From Nemertoderma westbladi (taxonomy: Eukaryota; Animalia; Xenacoelomorpha), in NCBI GenBank assembly GCA_032718475.1, contig JAUCBJ010001241.1, positions 1-64,000 of the forward strand: a DNA stretch of 64,000 bases, in the 5' to 3' direction. The notes under the pieces were generated by a model that did no database searches, had not been told where the DNA came from, and saw only the letters and a program-made list of their open reading frames with translations. Position numbers and translations under genes: made by a program. This document shows positions 36,901 to 49,830 of this stretch, in pieces (positions within the stretch are counted from its first letter, which is position 1; the number at the start of each line of letters is the position of its first letter).

Positions 36901-39165
36901 TAGCGTGTAGTGGTGTCTCCGTCGATATTGCACCAGTTGTACAGCAGTTATTCCGTATAGCGTGTAGTGGTGTCTCCGTCGATATTGCACCAGTTGTACA
37001 GCAGTTATTCCGTATAGCGCGGCGTCTCCGTCGATATTGCACCAGTTGTACAGCAGTTATTCCGTATAGCGTGTAGTGGTGTCTCCGTCGATATTGCACC
37101 AGTTGTACAGCAGTTATTCCGTATAGCGTGTAGTGGTGTCTCCGTCGATATTGCACCAGTTGTACAGCAGTTATTCCGTATAGCGTGTAGTGGTGTCTCC
37201 GTCGATATTGCACCAGTTGTACAGCAGTTATTCCGTATAGCGTGTAGTGGTGTCTCCGTCGATATTGCACCAGTTGTACAGCAGTTATTCCGTATAGCGT
37301 GTAGTGGTGTCTCCGTCGATATTGCACCAGTTGTACAGCAGTTATTCCGTATAGCGTGTAGTGGTGTCTCCGTCGATATTGCACCAGTTGTACAGCAGTT
37401 ATTCCGTATAGCGTGTAGTGGTGTCTCCGTCGATATTGCACCAGTTGTACAGCAGTTATTCCATATAGCGTGTAGTGGTGTCTCCGTCGATATTGCCCCA
37501 GTTGTACAGCAGTTATTCCGTATAGCGTGTAGTGGTGTCTCCGTCGATATTGCACCAGTTGTACAGCAGTTATTCCATATAGCGTGTAGTGGTGTCTCCG
37601 TCGATATTGCACCAGTTGTACAGCAGTTATTCCGTATAGCGTGTAGTGGTGTCTCCGTCGATATTGCACCAGTTGTACAGCAGTTATTCCGTATAGCGTG
37701 TAGTGGTGTCTCCGTCGATATTGCACCAGTTGTACAGCAGTTATTCCGTATAGCGTGCAGTGGTGTCTCCGTCGATATTGCACCAGTTGTACAGCAGTTA
37801 TTCCGTATAGCGTGTAGTGGTGTCTCCGTCGATATTGCACCAGTTGTACAGCAGCTATTCCGTATAGCGTGTAGTGGTGTCTCCGTCGATATTGCACCAG
37901 TTGTACAGCAGTTATTCCGTATAGCGTGTAGTGGTGTCTCCGTCGATATTGCACCAGTTGTACAGCAGTTATTCCGTATAGCGTGTAGTGGTGTCTCCGT
38001 CGATATTGCACCAGTTGTACAGCAGTTATTCCGTATAGCGTGTAGTGGTGTCTCCGTCGATATTGCACCAGTTGTACAGCAGTTATTCCGTATAGCGTGT
38101 AGTGGTGTCTCCGTCGATATTGCACCAGTTGTACAGTAGTTATTCCGTATAGCGTGTAGTGGTGTCTCCGACGATATTGCACCAGTTGTACAGCAGTTAT
38201 TCCGTATAGCGTGTAGTGGTGTCTCCGTCGATATTGCACCAGTTGTACAGCAGTTATTCCGTATAGCGCGGTGTCTCCGTCGATGTTGCACCAGTTGTAC
38301 AGCAGTTATTCCGTATAGCGTGTAGTGGTGTCTCCGTCGATATTGCACCAGTTGTACAGCAGTTATTCCGTATAGCGTGTAGTGGTGTCTCCGTCGATAT
38401 TGCACCAGTTGTACAGCAGTTATTCCGTATAGCGCGGGTGTCTCCGTCGATATTGCACCAGTTGTACAGCAGTTATTCCGTATAGCGTGTAGTGGTGTCT
38501 CCGTCGATATTGCACCAGTTGTACAGCAGTTATTCCGTATAGCGTGTAGTGGTGTCTCCGTCGATATTGCACCAGTTGTACAGCAGTTATTCCGTATAGC
38601 GTGTAGTGGTGTCTCCGTCGATATTGCACCAGTTGTACAGCAGTTATTCCGTATAGCGTGTAGTGGTGTCTCCGTCGATATTGCACCAGTTGTACAGTAG
38701 TTATTCCGTATAGCGTGTAGTGGTGTCTCCGACGATATTGCACCAGTTGTACAGCAGTTATTCCGTATAGCGTGTAGTGGTGTCTCCGTCGATATTGCAC
38801 CAGTTGTACAGCAGTTATTCCGTATAGCGCGGTGTCTCCGTCGATGTTGCACCAGTTGTACAGCAGTTATTCCGTATAGCGTGTAGTGGTGTCTCCGTCG
38901 ATATTGCACCAGTTGTACAGCAGTTATTCCGTATAGCGTGTAGTGGTGTCTCCGTCGATATTGCACCAGTTGTACAGCAGTTATTCCGTATAGCGCGGTG
39001 TCTCCGTCGATATTGCACCAGTTGTACAGCAGTTATTCCGTATAGCGTGTAGTGGTGTCTCCGTCGATATTGCACCAGTTGTACAGAAGTTATTCCGTAT
39101 AGCGTGTAGGGGGGGGGGGGGGGGGGGGGGTGTGAGGGTCCAGGTACCTGAATAACGACACTATC
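33953..39165. mobile_element. MITE related to 14899-15926 whose interior has been replaced by a 57-bp satellite
   Basis: The left end ACCATGTTCTAGAATATAGTGTCGTTATTC...GAGATTGCATGAAATTTGA...GGGTGAGCCAGAATTT is colinear with the 14899 TIR. The right side has poly-G followed by CTGAATAACGACACTAT (~39149-39165), an inverted TIR remnant. Confidence 0.8.
34127..39108. repeat. 57-bp satellite array (~87 units, highly homogeneous)
   Basis: Unit GTGGTGTCTCCGTCGATATTGCACCAGTTGTACAGCAGTTATTCCGTATAGCGTGTA, with occasional 52-bp deletion variants. Confidence 0.98.
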
Positions 39166-39695
39166 TTCAACATCTTCGACATCTTTATTCATCTATAGAT
39201 AACCGCGCAACTAAAGTAATTAAAGTAATTAGATGGCAAAACACAAATATTCGAAAACTTAAAAATTCAGAAATATAATCGAATAATAAAACCATATAAT
39301 TTCTAATTCGTGGAAAATTGAGGATCTATAGGCCTTGCTTACCGGTGCAACATACAACACTGAATAACGTCCGGATACAGTGTTATTCCCATCGCTAATG
39401 GTTTTGAGGGAGTGGGTGGCGTCATCCGTAATTACTATATGCCGGATATGCAATGTGTACTGTGTAGCCCGTATCGTCATCTATGTTAGGGTCAATCAAT
39501 AAGTTATCCAGATTGCAACAATTTAAATAGCCAATCATGTCCACCCTGATGACATGATATGTCAATAATACAGTATGCATAGTGCTGGTTCGAATGATAA
39601 TTATCCATGTATGGGATCAATTTTTACCAATATCAAATCAACAAATTCCTGAATAGGTATTTTTATGGTGCATCTGCATCCATATTAACTAAATA

Positions 39696-39801
39696 CGTCA
39701 TTGTTCATAAAATAACACTTTATAGCGTTACGGCACGAGAGATTTTGTTAATAATAGAACGTGGGCCGAAAAGCTTTAAGTGCTAATTATGAACAATGAC
39801 G
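39696..39801. repeat. Imperfect ~106-bp fold-back
   Basis: Terminal arms CGTCATTGTTCATAA / TTATGAACAATGACG, with further internal pairing. Confidence 0.75.
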
Positions 39802-40774
39802 AATCAAATTTTATTTATTTGAGGGGAATTATTTGTGGTTATGGAGTTAAACTTTCTAGAACAACCTTGTAATAGGAAAGCATGACGTCATGTTAAACAC
39901 TTTTATCTACAGTAGTACGTAATTGGCGTAGTATAGTGAATAACGCGTCGGGTTATGAATGAAAAGGCCGCTGGTTCGGTTCTAACCTGTTTCAATTTTA
40001 TTAGTTTTAGAATTATGAAATAGTTATAGTGTGTATTCGAATGGCGTCATGTGATTATATTTAAAATGACGCGGTGACAAACTGGATATACATAAAATAC
40101 ATAGTAAATGTTTGGCGTAGGGACATACTGAGAAATAATGTCGCACTGCGAAATAAAGTTAGAAAATATGTCGCCCTGGCGATTTGGTAGTGCGTAATTA
40201 ATTCAACACAAGTAAATAAAATACTTATATATGTTATAACTCAATAGTTCAGTAATTCGACGATTGTATTTCTGATGTATCAGTTTATTTGATGGCAACA
40301 TATTTTTATTAAAATATAAATAAAATAAAATAATCCATTACTGTTTAATAACATAACTGTATATATAAACTGTTTAATCTACATGCCCATGGCCCATTGT
40401 GGTACGCAGCAAATTGCACCCAACCTCCTCCTTTCCGCTGCCAAAAATCCACCAATATTTTGGAAGATTTTTGAGATATAATATGTTGAAGTTCTAACAA
40501 GTTAAAATGCGGGATGTAATATGGAGCATAAATCATGAAAATTTGTGTGCGAAAAATATAGGTAAATTTATATGCAAAACTAAATTCTGCTTTCGATTTA
40601 AAATAAATAACCCCATTCGGCAATTTGACATTATTTCTATATATCCTCCTGGCTTTATGGTTTATGGTTACAACGTACTTAAAGGTATTCTACGATTTTG
40701 ATACTTTGCTCAACATTTCACTTTTTTAAAATCGTTGAACAAGCAAACCCACCGCCTGTTGGTAACTGTACTGC

Positions 40775-41900
40775 AATGTGCATTGTACTTGACACAGTGA
40801 AACCGGCGTAGCATTCTTGAGAATGTGCCATCCAGAGATTTGGTGTCCTCAGCAGTTATAGCCCAGTATGGACAGGACACCCATAGAGGAGTACTGGAAC
40901 TACTGCTGCCTTCTGGATCCATGATCCCAGGTAACAGAAGTCATCCACATGCTCAAGCATACCATCCTTTGAGGAGTTTATGCTCATCCGGTCAGAGACT
41001 TGATGAGGACTTTCAAAGTTAACTATCAAAATTTTGGTCTTTCTAGAGTTAATAAAAAGACCAACACTAGAAGCAGCCTGTTCTAATGAGCTGAGGAGCC
41101 GTTGGGCTCTCTCTAATGATTCTGAGAGTACTTCTAAGTCATCAGCAAAATCTAGATCAGTTAGGTACTTGGCAGGATTTCCTCGACTTCTGGAGCCAGT
41201 AGGTGGAGTTATCATCATTATGATGATCTAAGGACATGCATAGAACATAGTCAACCATAATTATGAACAAGAATGGCGCAAGTGTGTCTCCCTGGAGGAC
41301 TACCCATAACACTTCAAATGGTTCTGTGTCACCGTCAACAGTAGACACAAATGTTGTTGAACCATTGTATACTGATCTGATTGCTGCAATAATTTCATTC
41401 TGCGCCTTATAGAGGGCATTTCGGCACTTCTGAATTTTGTTGTCAGTCCAGGGGGCCCTTTTCCTGTTTTGAGGGTATACAGGAACTGTTTCTGCAGCTG
41501 CTAACTTAACTGCTTCTGTAAAGGCAGTATAGCCCTCACAGTGATCTGCCGCCTCAGAGGCAAGAGCCTCATACCTGTTGCTCAGCTGTAGTGTGAAGCT
41601 GGATTTCACACTTGGCTGTTGCAACAGAGAGGACCAGTCATGCCGCGGCAAGGTAGATTTCGTTGTTCTGCTAGCATGTAGAATAAGTCTTACCTTGGCC
41701 ACAATAAGGTGGTGATCACTGGAGAAGGGTCGAAGCGTAAATGCATTACAGTCTTGTATAGAGCTCCTGTATTTCCTACGAAACAGAATATGGTCTATCT
41801 GGGACTTGTGACCACTGGTTCCACTATGAGTCCATAGCTTTCCAGTTCGCTTCTTGAACTGGGTTCCAGCCGAAAACAATCCATTTCCAGACATTAAATC
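40775..41900 (-). mobile_element. Internally deleted RTE-clade LINE
   Basis: APE end (TQFKKRTGKLWTH...KSQIDHIL...SDHHLI) is joined directly to RT (EIIAAIRSVY...LQGDTLAPFLF...DLDFADD). The RT part is near-identical to ~45710-46445. Confidence 0.9.
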
Positions 41901-43094
41901 CTGGTATGATTTAGGTTTACTGGTATTATTTAGGATGAATAATAATGAGTACCAAGTAAACAAGTAAAAGTATCAGTTGACGGGAAAGAGTCTCAAACCG
42001 CCAAACCATCCCATGGGATAAAGTCTAAACAAATATATATTATATTTAATGATAAAAGTTTAAATTTTGCTTTAGTTATTATATATATTATTTAGTTATA
42101 AGTTAAATGGAAATATAAAAAAAATAAATATAGTAATGGAAAATATAGTAATTCTAGTAAGTGGTATTAAATGGTGGTTAAATCGTATAGGTTGTATTAC
42201 TCGGGACGATTTGATAGCCTATCCAATAGAAGAGGCATGAAACAGGTAGCAATGATTTTCTCAACAACATCTAATGATTTAGCTGGTACTATCAGTAGAC
42301 GACCCACCTGGTAATGGGTGTTATTTTTCAGGGCAGTTAGGGAATATCAAAGTGATAGCGATGGGTGCAACGTAAGTGTACAATATATACGAGATTTATA
42401 AGAGTAAAGAGGAAAATATGAAAAAGATGATATAAATAAGTTCTGCAAGATGTTAAAAATTGTATGTTGGATGAGGGATGAGATGAATTAATTGTCAAGT
42501 GGTTGATCAGGCTTAGAGCATATAGCCATGACGTGATTTTATTTAACACCTTTCGGTTAATATTGATTTGATTGAGAATGGGTAAAAACGTGAGCTGTAA
42601 CTGGGGGGTTATGCCTAGTGTCGGAGTGGATACAGCTCCTGAAATTCTTTCATAATGGTTTCGGCCGTGTAATTCGGAGTAAAGGCTGTAGAAGATTCAC
42701 ACAGTTGTGTCCTTAGAGAAGACACCTTAGACAGTATTTACACAAACGATACAATGGGTACACCTGGTAACCTGAGTTCTGCCGGAGAGGCAGACTCCTG
42801 GGAGTTAGTGTGGCACCTTGCCTGCCTTACATGTTAGCTAACAGACAAGATAGAGCAGCCTTCTTGCTGAATTAATTATGTGATTTATATTTCACGTACT
42901 TTCCTTTATTTGGAGTGTGGTGCCATTTTTACGAAGAGATGTATCCAGAAAATATTATTTAATTTTAAGAGTGGTAAATTGCCTGGAGTAGAAAATATCT
43001 TGAGTTTCTTGTCCCACACATAAGTTATATATAAGAGAAAGTTATAAAGAAAGCACTGAATCTAATCTTACACAGGAACTAATTAATACCATGA

Positions 43095-44705
43095 GAGATG
43101 AATTACTCATCGCAGGTGCCTCTAGATGATATACCAACCATTTCTGCACAAACTATCAAAGCTGCTATCTGCCAATTTACACGGGGGAAATCACCCGATA
43201 TCAACTCCATGACTGTTGAGCACTTAAACCATACTAACGCCGACTCCATGTCCCTGAAGATCTCACATCTTTTCAACGGATGCTTCAGACTAGGAAGAGT
43301 CCCAGACTCCGTCGGGCTAACTATAATATCACATCTATATAAGGGAAACACACGAAGTCCACTAGCTAAGAAGTCATATCGTCCTATTTCTACAGTTCTG
43401 TTACTGGCAAAAGTTATGGGTGTAATTCTTAATCTCTATTTCACATAGATTCGAATAACTGGACAAATAATTACCAGTTCGGATATAAATCTAAAATCGG
43501 AGTAGACATTATCATCTCAACTATTCTAGAAACGATAGAATACTACAGGAGAGGAGATACTTCCTTGTTTCTATGCCAGCTGGACAGCGTTTGATGAAGT
43601 TGATTTTGAAATTCTGTTTAGGAATCTTAATGGTAGACTCAATCCATATGTTTGTTTAACCCTGCTTGATTATTACTGTAAAACTGTGGCAATCTCAAGT
43701 TTGATGATTCAATTGAAGGAATTGGTTTCGCAGTCCATAAAGGCGTCAAAAAGGGGTCGATTATCTCACCTGTCCTATTCCATACATATTGCAGACGTTA
43801 TGAATAGGTTGGAAGACTGGGTTTTGATGAGGCATTTTGAATCACTGGCTTGGTGCAATAAAATATGCTGATGACCTTCTGCTACTATTATATGATGACC
43901 TCTGCTATAACAGTGCCAGATATTGAAAAAATGGTAGATATTGTGGTCCAGGAAACAGTTAAAAAGCTACAAAGTCCAACTGGATACATACATCCACCTC
44001 ACCGCATCCAACATTTATTAAAATTAATGGCTCCTATATCCCTGAAAGTAAGTTGATATAATTCCTAGAATCTCTCGAAATTGGATACAATAATCATGAT
44101 TGATTTGAAAAATGTATTCGGTGTATCAGCGCCATTGCTGACAGTTTCCACAGGAGGAGCTGGACAATTCATCGATTTGATGCGAGTACCTTGTCAATTC
44201 TTTGGAACTGTGTTGCCCTTCCAGCGATGCTTTACAGTGCACGATAGGTTCCCTGAATAGCAACGAAATTGAGAAGTTGGACGCTCATCATAGAACACAT
44301 CAACGGGAGTTATTGTGTGTGGAATCAGTTACTTACAACATTTTCAACTGCAATTATTTCTCTACTGAAGCTTTGAAACTAGCTCTCGGCACAATTATTC
44401 GTATATATGATTGTCCTAACTCCCACTGCACAATATTCTGCATACATTGATTGAGTTGAATGATGATATCATTCAGTATAAGAGAATCGGTAGTGCATTC
44501 AATCGGGCTAGTCGCGACTTTCCTCTTCCATCCATGATGTCTTTACTTACCTACAAATATCATAAAAAGAACATGTTATCCAGATTGGATCGGTGCAAAC
44601 CGACTGCGTCCGACACTGCATCGTCCTGTTTTATAACAAACTGTTACAGAACGCCATCAATTTCCTTCACGGAAAAGCATAATCGTATTATGCAGTACTT
44701 TAATT
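43095..44705 (+). mobile_element. Degraded, frameshifted LINE RT (second family)
   Basis: GKSPDINSMTVEHL, LFNGCFRLGRVPD, SYRPIS, YQFGYK, AFD, GV(K)KG.IISPVLF and KYADD motifs occur in the right order across frames. Confidence 0.8.
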
Positions 44706-44994
44706 AGTCCTGCTATGCAATAGTGTGTGTTATAATGCGATCTCAATGATTATCTTTTATCTCTGTTAGACCGACCCTTTATAATGTGCATATGCCTAGG
44801 TGGGTTAATTTATTTAATGTCAGGAATATTTAACTTTTGATGCATTTATGGGACATATCCATTTTTACTAATATTGACATCGTGCCAGTCTAACTGGTTT
44901 TACGTTAATAAATAATAATAATAATAATTATCTATAATTCCATTTTTGTTAGTACTATTCTTCAAACAGGGTATATTGCACAACATAATGCATA

Positions 44995-45122
44995 ATTTCT
45001 TACAAAAAACAAAATGGCCAATTTGTGACTTGTGAGTTTGACTAATGTAGCCCATACGGGTGAGTAGCTTACAAGGCTGTTTCTGGAACTGGGTATTGGC
45101 CAAAACCAGCTCATTCGCTCCT
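44995..45122 (-). mobile_element. Inverted RTE apurinic-endonuclease fragment
   Basis: NELVLANTQFQKQPCKLLT...KSQIGHFVFCKK, homologous to the APE end encoded at 41760-41890. Confidence 0.7.
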
Positions 45123-46791
45123 GAAAAGCTCCTCAATAATAACAGGGTATTGCCTGATAACTTTATAGAAGTAAAAGTGTCTGAGTCTGTACTCCCAGAT
45201 ATTCCCATTGGTGATATCACCTTTGCAGAAGTGAAGGCTGCTGCAAAGAGCATTAAGACCAATCGTGCCAGTGGAGTAGATGGTGTTCCCCCTGAGGTCT
45301 TTAAAATACCTGAGTGTTTAAAGCTCATCTATCCTATCATAGTAGACATGTACCGTACAAAAAGAGTCCCACAAGAAATGAAAACAAATAAGTTGGTGCC
45401 AGTTCCCAAGAATGGCAACCTAACACTCTATGGTTCTTTTCGGCGAATCTCATATATCTCGATTGCTGCAAAGCTATACAATAGTATTCTATTAAATCGC
45501 ATCAGGGATCCCATTGAGAGACTGCTCCGTGGAAATCAGAATGGGTTCCGTAAAGGTCGTGGGACTTTTGGCACTTAGAAGGATAATTGAAGAGTTATCA
45601 AAAAAGAAAGACAGGCATCTGGCTGTTATCTTTGTTGACTTCTTCAAGGCCTTTGATTCAGTCTCTCGCTCACGTATGTTCAGCATACTTTCATTATATG
45701 GGATTCCTGATGAAATAATTGCAGCAATCAGATCAGTATACGATGGTTCGACAACATTTGTGTCTACTGTTGACGGTGACACAGAACCATTTGAAGTGTT
45801 ATGGGGCGTCCTCCAGGGAGTCACACTTGCACCATTCTTGTTCATAATTATTGCAATAATAATAATTATTATTATTGTTCATAATGATGATGGGGTGATG
45901 ATAACTCCACCTACTGGCTCCATAAGTCGAGGAAATCCTGCCAAGTACCTAACTGATCTAGACTTTGCTGATGACTTAGGAGTACTCTCAGAATCACTAG
46001 AGGGCGCCCAACGGCTCCTCAGCTCATTAGAACATGCTGCTTCTAGTGTTGGTCTTTTTATTAACTCCAGAAAGACCAAAATTTTGACAGTTAACTTTGA
46101 AAGTCCTCAGCAAGTCTCTGATCGGATGAGCATAAGCTCAAAAGATGGTATGCTTGAGCATGTGGATGACTTCTGTTACCTGGGATCATGGATACGGAAG
46201 TCAGGTGAGAACCTTCGAATACGTAAGGGAAAGGCATGGGCAGCCTTGAATAGGCTTTCCAGGATTTGGAAGTCACCGAGAATTAATCGGAAACTTAAGG
46301 TCCGGTTATTTAGAGCAGCAGTAGTTCCAGTACTCCTCTATGGGAGTTCATGCTGGGCTCTAACTGCTGAGGACACCAAATCTCTGGATGGCACATTCAC
46401 AAGAATGCTACGCCGGGTTCATTGTGTCAAGTTCAATGCACACATCTCCAACCAGACACTATATAACATTGGAGGTGTCTCATTGGTTCCCCCAAGCTTG
46501 ACACTAGAACAAAATCGCCTCCGCTTTGCAGGACATTGCTTTCTCCGTGAGGACCAGCCAGTGCATAATCTTGTACTTTGGCAGCCTCATGGAGTGAATA
46601 AGCATGGTGGACAGCCCATGACTTTCTTGAGACGCATCTTAAAGGACACTGGCCTTGATGATGCGGATGATCTAGCAAATGTCATGGGTGATAGGGAATT
46701 GTGGCGGTGCAATTTTGTCGATAAGCCGGCACAGCATTCTTAAAAATGCAGCTGCAATGCAGCATGCCGATCTTAGTAGTAGTAGTAGTAG
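45123..46791 (+). mobile_element. 5'-truncated RTE-clade LINE with one frameshift and an (AGT)n tail
   Basis: ASGVDGVPPE, PVPKNG, QNGFRKGR, FVDFFKAFDSV, GVLQG, DLDFADD, FCYLGS, RLRFAGHC; stop at 46743; tail tagtagtagtagtagtag at ~46774-46791. Confidence 0.95.
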
Positions 46792-48476
46792 CTCATTCGC
46801 AAGGTCTGGAAGATAGATAACCTGATTTTGCAGAGTTGCATCCCCATGGCAGCAAGGCTTGGTTAAGGTTAAACATGTTCCTTATGGAAGATGTCCTAGG
46901 GTAACAGAAGAAAACATTACTTGCCTACGCCTAATCTAACAACTACCATATGAATAATAATTAATTATCATATTTGTTTGATTGTTTATATGTCAGCGTA
47001 AGTGTACAGTAGTGGTTGGGGAACGACGAACGTGTGAAATATGCATTGTACTTTTTTAAATACCAAATATCAAAATTTCAATTTGATTTTTTTATAATTT
47101 AATTTCTTAAAATAATTTAATTCCATATGACTATTAGGACATGCGCAGTTGCGCACTACTGAGATAGATAATTAACTTTTCTTAAGACCAAGCTTGGAAA
47201 ACTAGTTTGTGGACACTTTGACGTAGGTGTGTAGCTTTTTTTTTTATAGATTTTACTTTTATAAATCCCATCACTATCATTCATTCACGATGAATGAGTC
47301 CGCATGCCTCTAACATAATAGAAAGGACCAGTCTGCGAGAGATCTTGTTATATGACAGCTGGCGAGTGGAAACATCTGCTATAATATAATAAATGATCTT
47401 GATAATGAAGGCGAATTACGGTTTTTTGAGGAGGGCACAGAAATTTACGGATTCTTTTAGAATTTTGCTTGTGTGATCGATGCGCGCGTTGATCAGGATA
47501 TTCACCTCTCATGATGTTACCGTTTTTCGTTCCTTACAAGAGTTTATTTTAGTAGTAGTAGTTTATTGACGATAATATTTCACTATAAGAAATAATGGAC
47601 AGTAATACAGATCGTATAATGAATAAAATTAAATCTTACATCACTAACGAAAAATTAACACAAAATTTATCTACAGTATAATATAAATTGGCATAGCGCA
47701 CAAGAGCACATTACATTATGACTTTGGGCAAAATGTTCTATTTACAACAGTATTTAGGGTTGCGTATTATAATATAATTAATTACAAACTTAGGCACCGT
47801 TGCAGTGTCTCGTACTTATTGTGCGATGCGATACTCAGCTCTAACCCAAGTTAATTAATGTTCTATATAGTGCCGAGAACCAGTGATGCGTAGTGTAGCG
47901 TGTTGGCAATCAAGAGAGAATTGAGAGCCCATCGGTTCATATCCAACGGTGCGTGAACCGTGTGCGGAACTACCCGTCGACAGGTATTTTGGTCCCAATG
48001 GTTAGTCTATCGGTACTGAAGCGACCCGCAATAAGCTTCACAACTGCAATTTATATATTAGTGGTAAAGGGAGATTTTGTCCACTTTTTGGTTACAATAG
48101 ATCGATTAAGTACGAATCTACCATTGAATAAATTATGAAAATTTGTTTTGTTTATTGTTGGTGAAAATAAATTGAGAATAATTTGTTTTTAATTTTTAAT
48201 AAATAGTTGTTGTGGAATTAGATAATCTTATACTTGTAGTGTATCATTTAGTATTAGTCATAAAACATGAAACTATAATTTATGTACATTATTATAATAA
48301 TTTAATTACATTCATACTTATGACTGGTACTTAATGAATACGTGCTAATGTATTCCCTCCCACATTGTTTTGATGACCTTATAACAAATTGATTACGAAC
48401 AAGACCACTTAAATTTTGCCTAGATAGAGATAAATGAGATGTACATAGATATATATAATACAATATATATAAAATA

Positions 48477-48515
48477 AACCGAATGCATTTCGACCTAATG
48501 GCTCTTTCAGCGTTA
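48477..48515 (-). ncRNA. Degenerate minimal type I hammerhead ribozyme-like motif (Penelope pLTR)
   Basis: Minus strand aacg-CTGAAAGA-GCCATTAGGTC-GAAA-TGCA-TT-cggtt: CUGA..GA and GAAA boxes plus a palindromic stem III. It lies ~190 nt downstream of the GIY-YIG C-terminus. The core has an extra base. Confidence 0.45.
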
Positions 48516-48699
48516 AAATATTTTAAATGGCATCAAATTACTGTGTATAAGAGTTATAACATAAGAGGGTCCAATACCAATATCATGTAAAGTAGTTAAA
48601 GTTCCATTGTATAGAATGTCATTGTTGAACATATTGTTAGGCTCCTATTATTGTTGAGGTTCAGATTAGTGGTGTTTGGGGATTCCCCTTATTTTTAAC

Positions 48700-49240
48700 A
48701 GTTCAATGAAGGCTTAAATGAGTTTATGAAATGGTCTTCATACGTTAGTAGTAATGGTCAGTCATTGAAAAAAAGGCGTTATTGTAAATTTTCCCCTCCC
48801 ACAATTTTTAATGTGCTCGCTGCATTTCATGTTTTTGGCTCCTGTCACGTGTATGTGGTTATTATATAGATTAGTTCAATGTCTAAAGTTCATTGTTTGT
48901 CCAATATAACCCTTTTTGCATACTTCACACGTCATTGCATATATTATATTCTTACTGTTGCAGTTCAATCTGTGCCGAAAGGTGAAAAGTTCTTCTGAGT
49001 TTTTGAACTTAACTGCAGTGACTACCCCTATGACGTCACAAATTTCGCAAGTTGCTTTTTTATTTTCACATTTCTTTGATCCAGGCAATCCTTGTGGTTT
49101 GGGTTTTCTTTTTAATGTAGTTCTTAGCGACGGTGGTTGTCTCCTGGCAATAATAACTTGTTTATCATTTAGACTATCACCCCTGGGTGTTTTTTCTGAC
49201 ATTATTCTGAATAATTGGTTTCAATTTAGTGTTTAAGTGG
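48700..49240 (-). mobile_element. Penelope-like element remnant (linker + GIY-YIG endonuclease)
   Basis: IIARRQPPSL, CENKKATCEIC, LNCNSKNIIYAMTCEVCKKGYIGQT, and a terminal EDHFINSFKPSLN. Confidence 0.88.
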
Positions 49241-49429
49241 CAATTTATGTTGGGGTTATGTATCTTATGTTATATATTATATCTTATGTGGACGGTGTTA
49301 TGCAAAAGGGTGTTATCCCACATTTTGTCGAAATTGAGTTTTTGGTATCATTCGATAGAGGAAAGTGTAATCTACCTAATTTATGTGATCCTATTACCCA
49401 ATAATACGTAGAAATGCCTTAAAAATACA

Positions 49430-49830
49430 AGAAAGTTAAGCCACATTCCGGATTTGTGATTAGATTAGTCAAAGAGTGTTAAACCACAAATAATATTGCA
49501 AAAAAGATTTAATCCACATAATAATTTTGTGGCTTGACATCTTTTGACATCTTTTTGCAAGTAGGCCTACAGTACTGTATGACACCTTTTGACAATTTAA
49601 CGTTTTGCTAAATATTAAGTTTTCCAAAAGTGTTAAGCCACATTTTGATCAATATTTCGGAGAAAATGCTATATTCTAGCACACTAACTTGAAAAATACT
49701 TTAATTTCCATAAATGTTTTCTTATAAAAACACAACAGTATCTGGATAATACAACAACGATCACACAGGATGTTAAAAACTTTGACATCGATTATCTCAA
49801 ATTGAACTTTTGTGGCTTAATACCCTTTCT
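49430..49830. repeat. Probable MITE remnant with repeated GTTAAGCCACA motifs in both orientations
   Basis: Motif copies at ~49435, 49476, 49528(rc), 49630 and 49811(rc); the termini could not be resolved. Confidence 0.4.

Noticed and set aside
34139-39192. Long ORFs of up to 751 aa ((QYRRRHHYTLYGITAVQLV)n and (AIRNNCCTTGAISTETPLH)n)
   Set aside because: Artefacts of a 57-bp unit. Recurrent 5-bp deletions switch frames freely, and the unit derives from a non-coding MITE TIR.
44995-45130. Twin-priming 5' inversion of the RTE at 45123
   Set aside because: The inverted endonuclease fragment differs substantially from the endonuclease of the near-identical sister copy at 41760-41890, so it probably comes from another RTE subfamily. 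No TSD was found.
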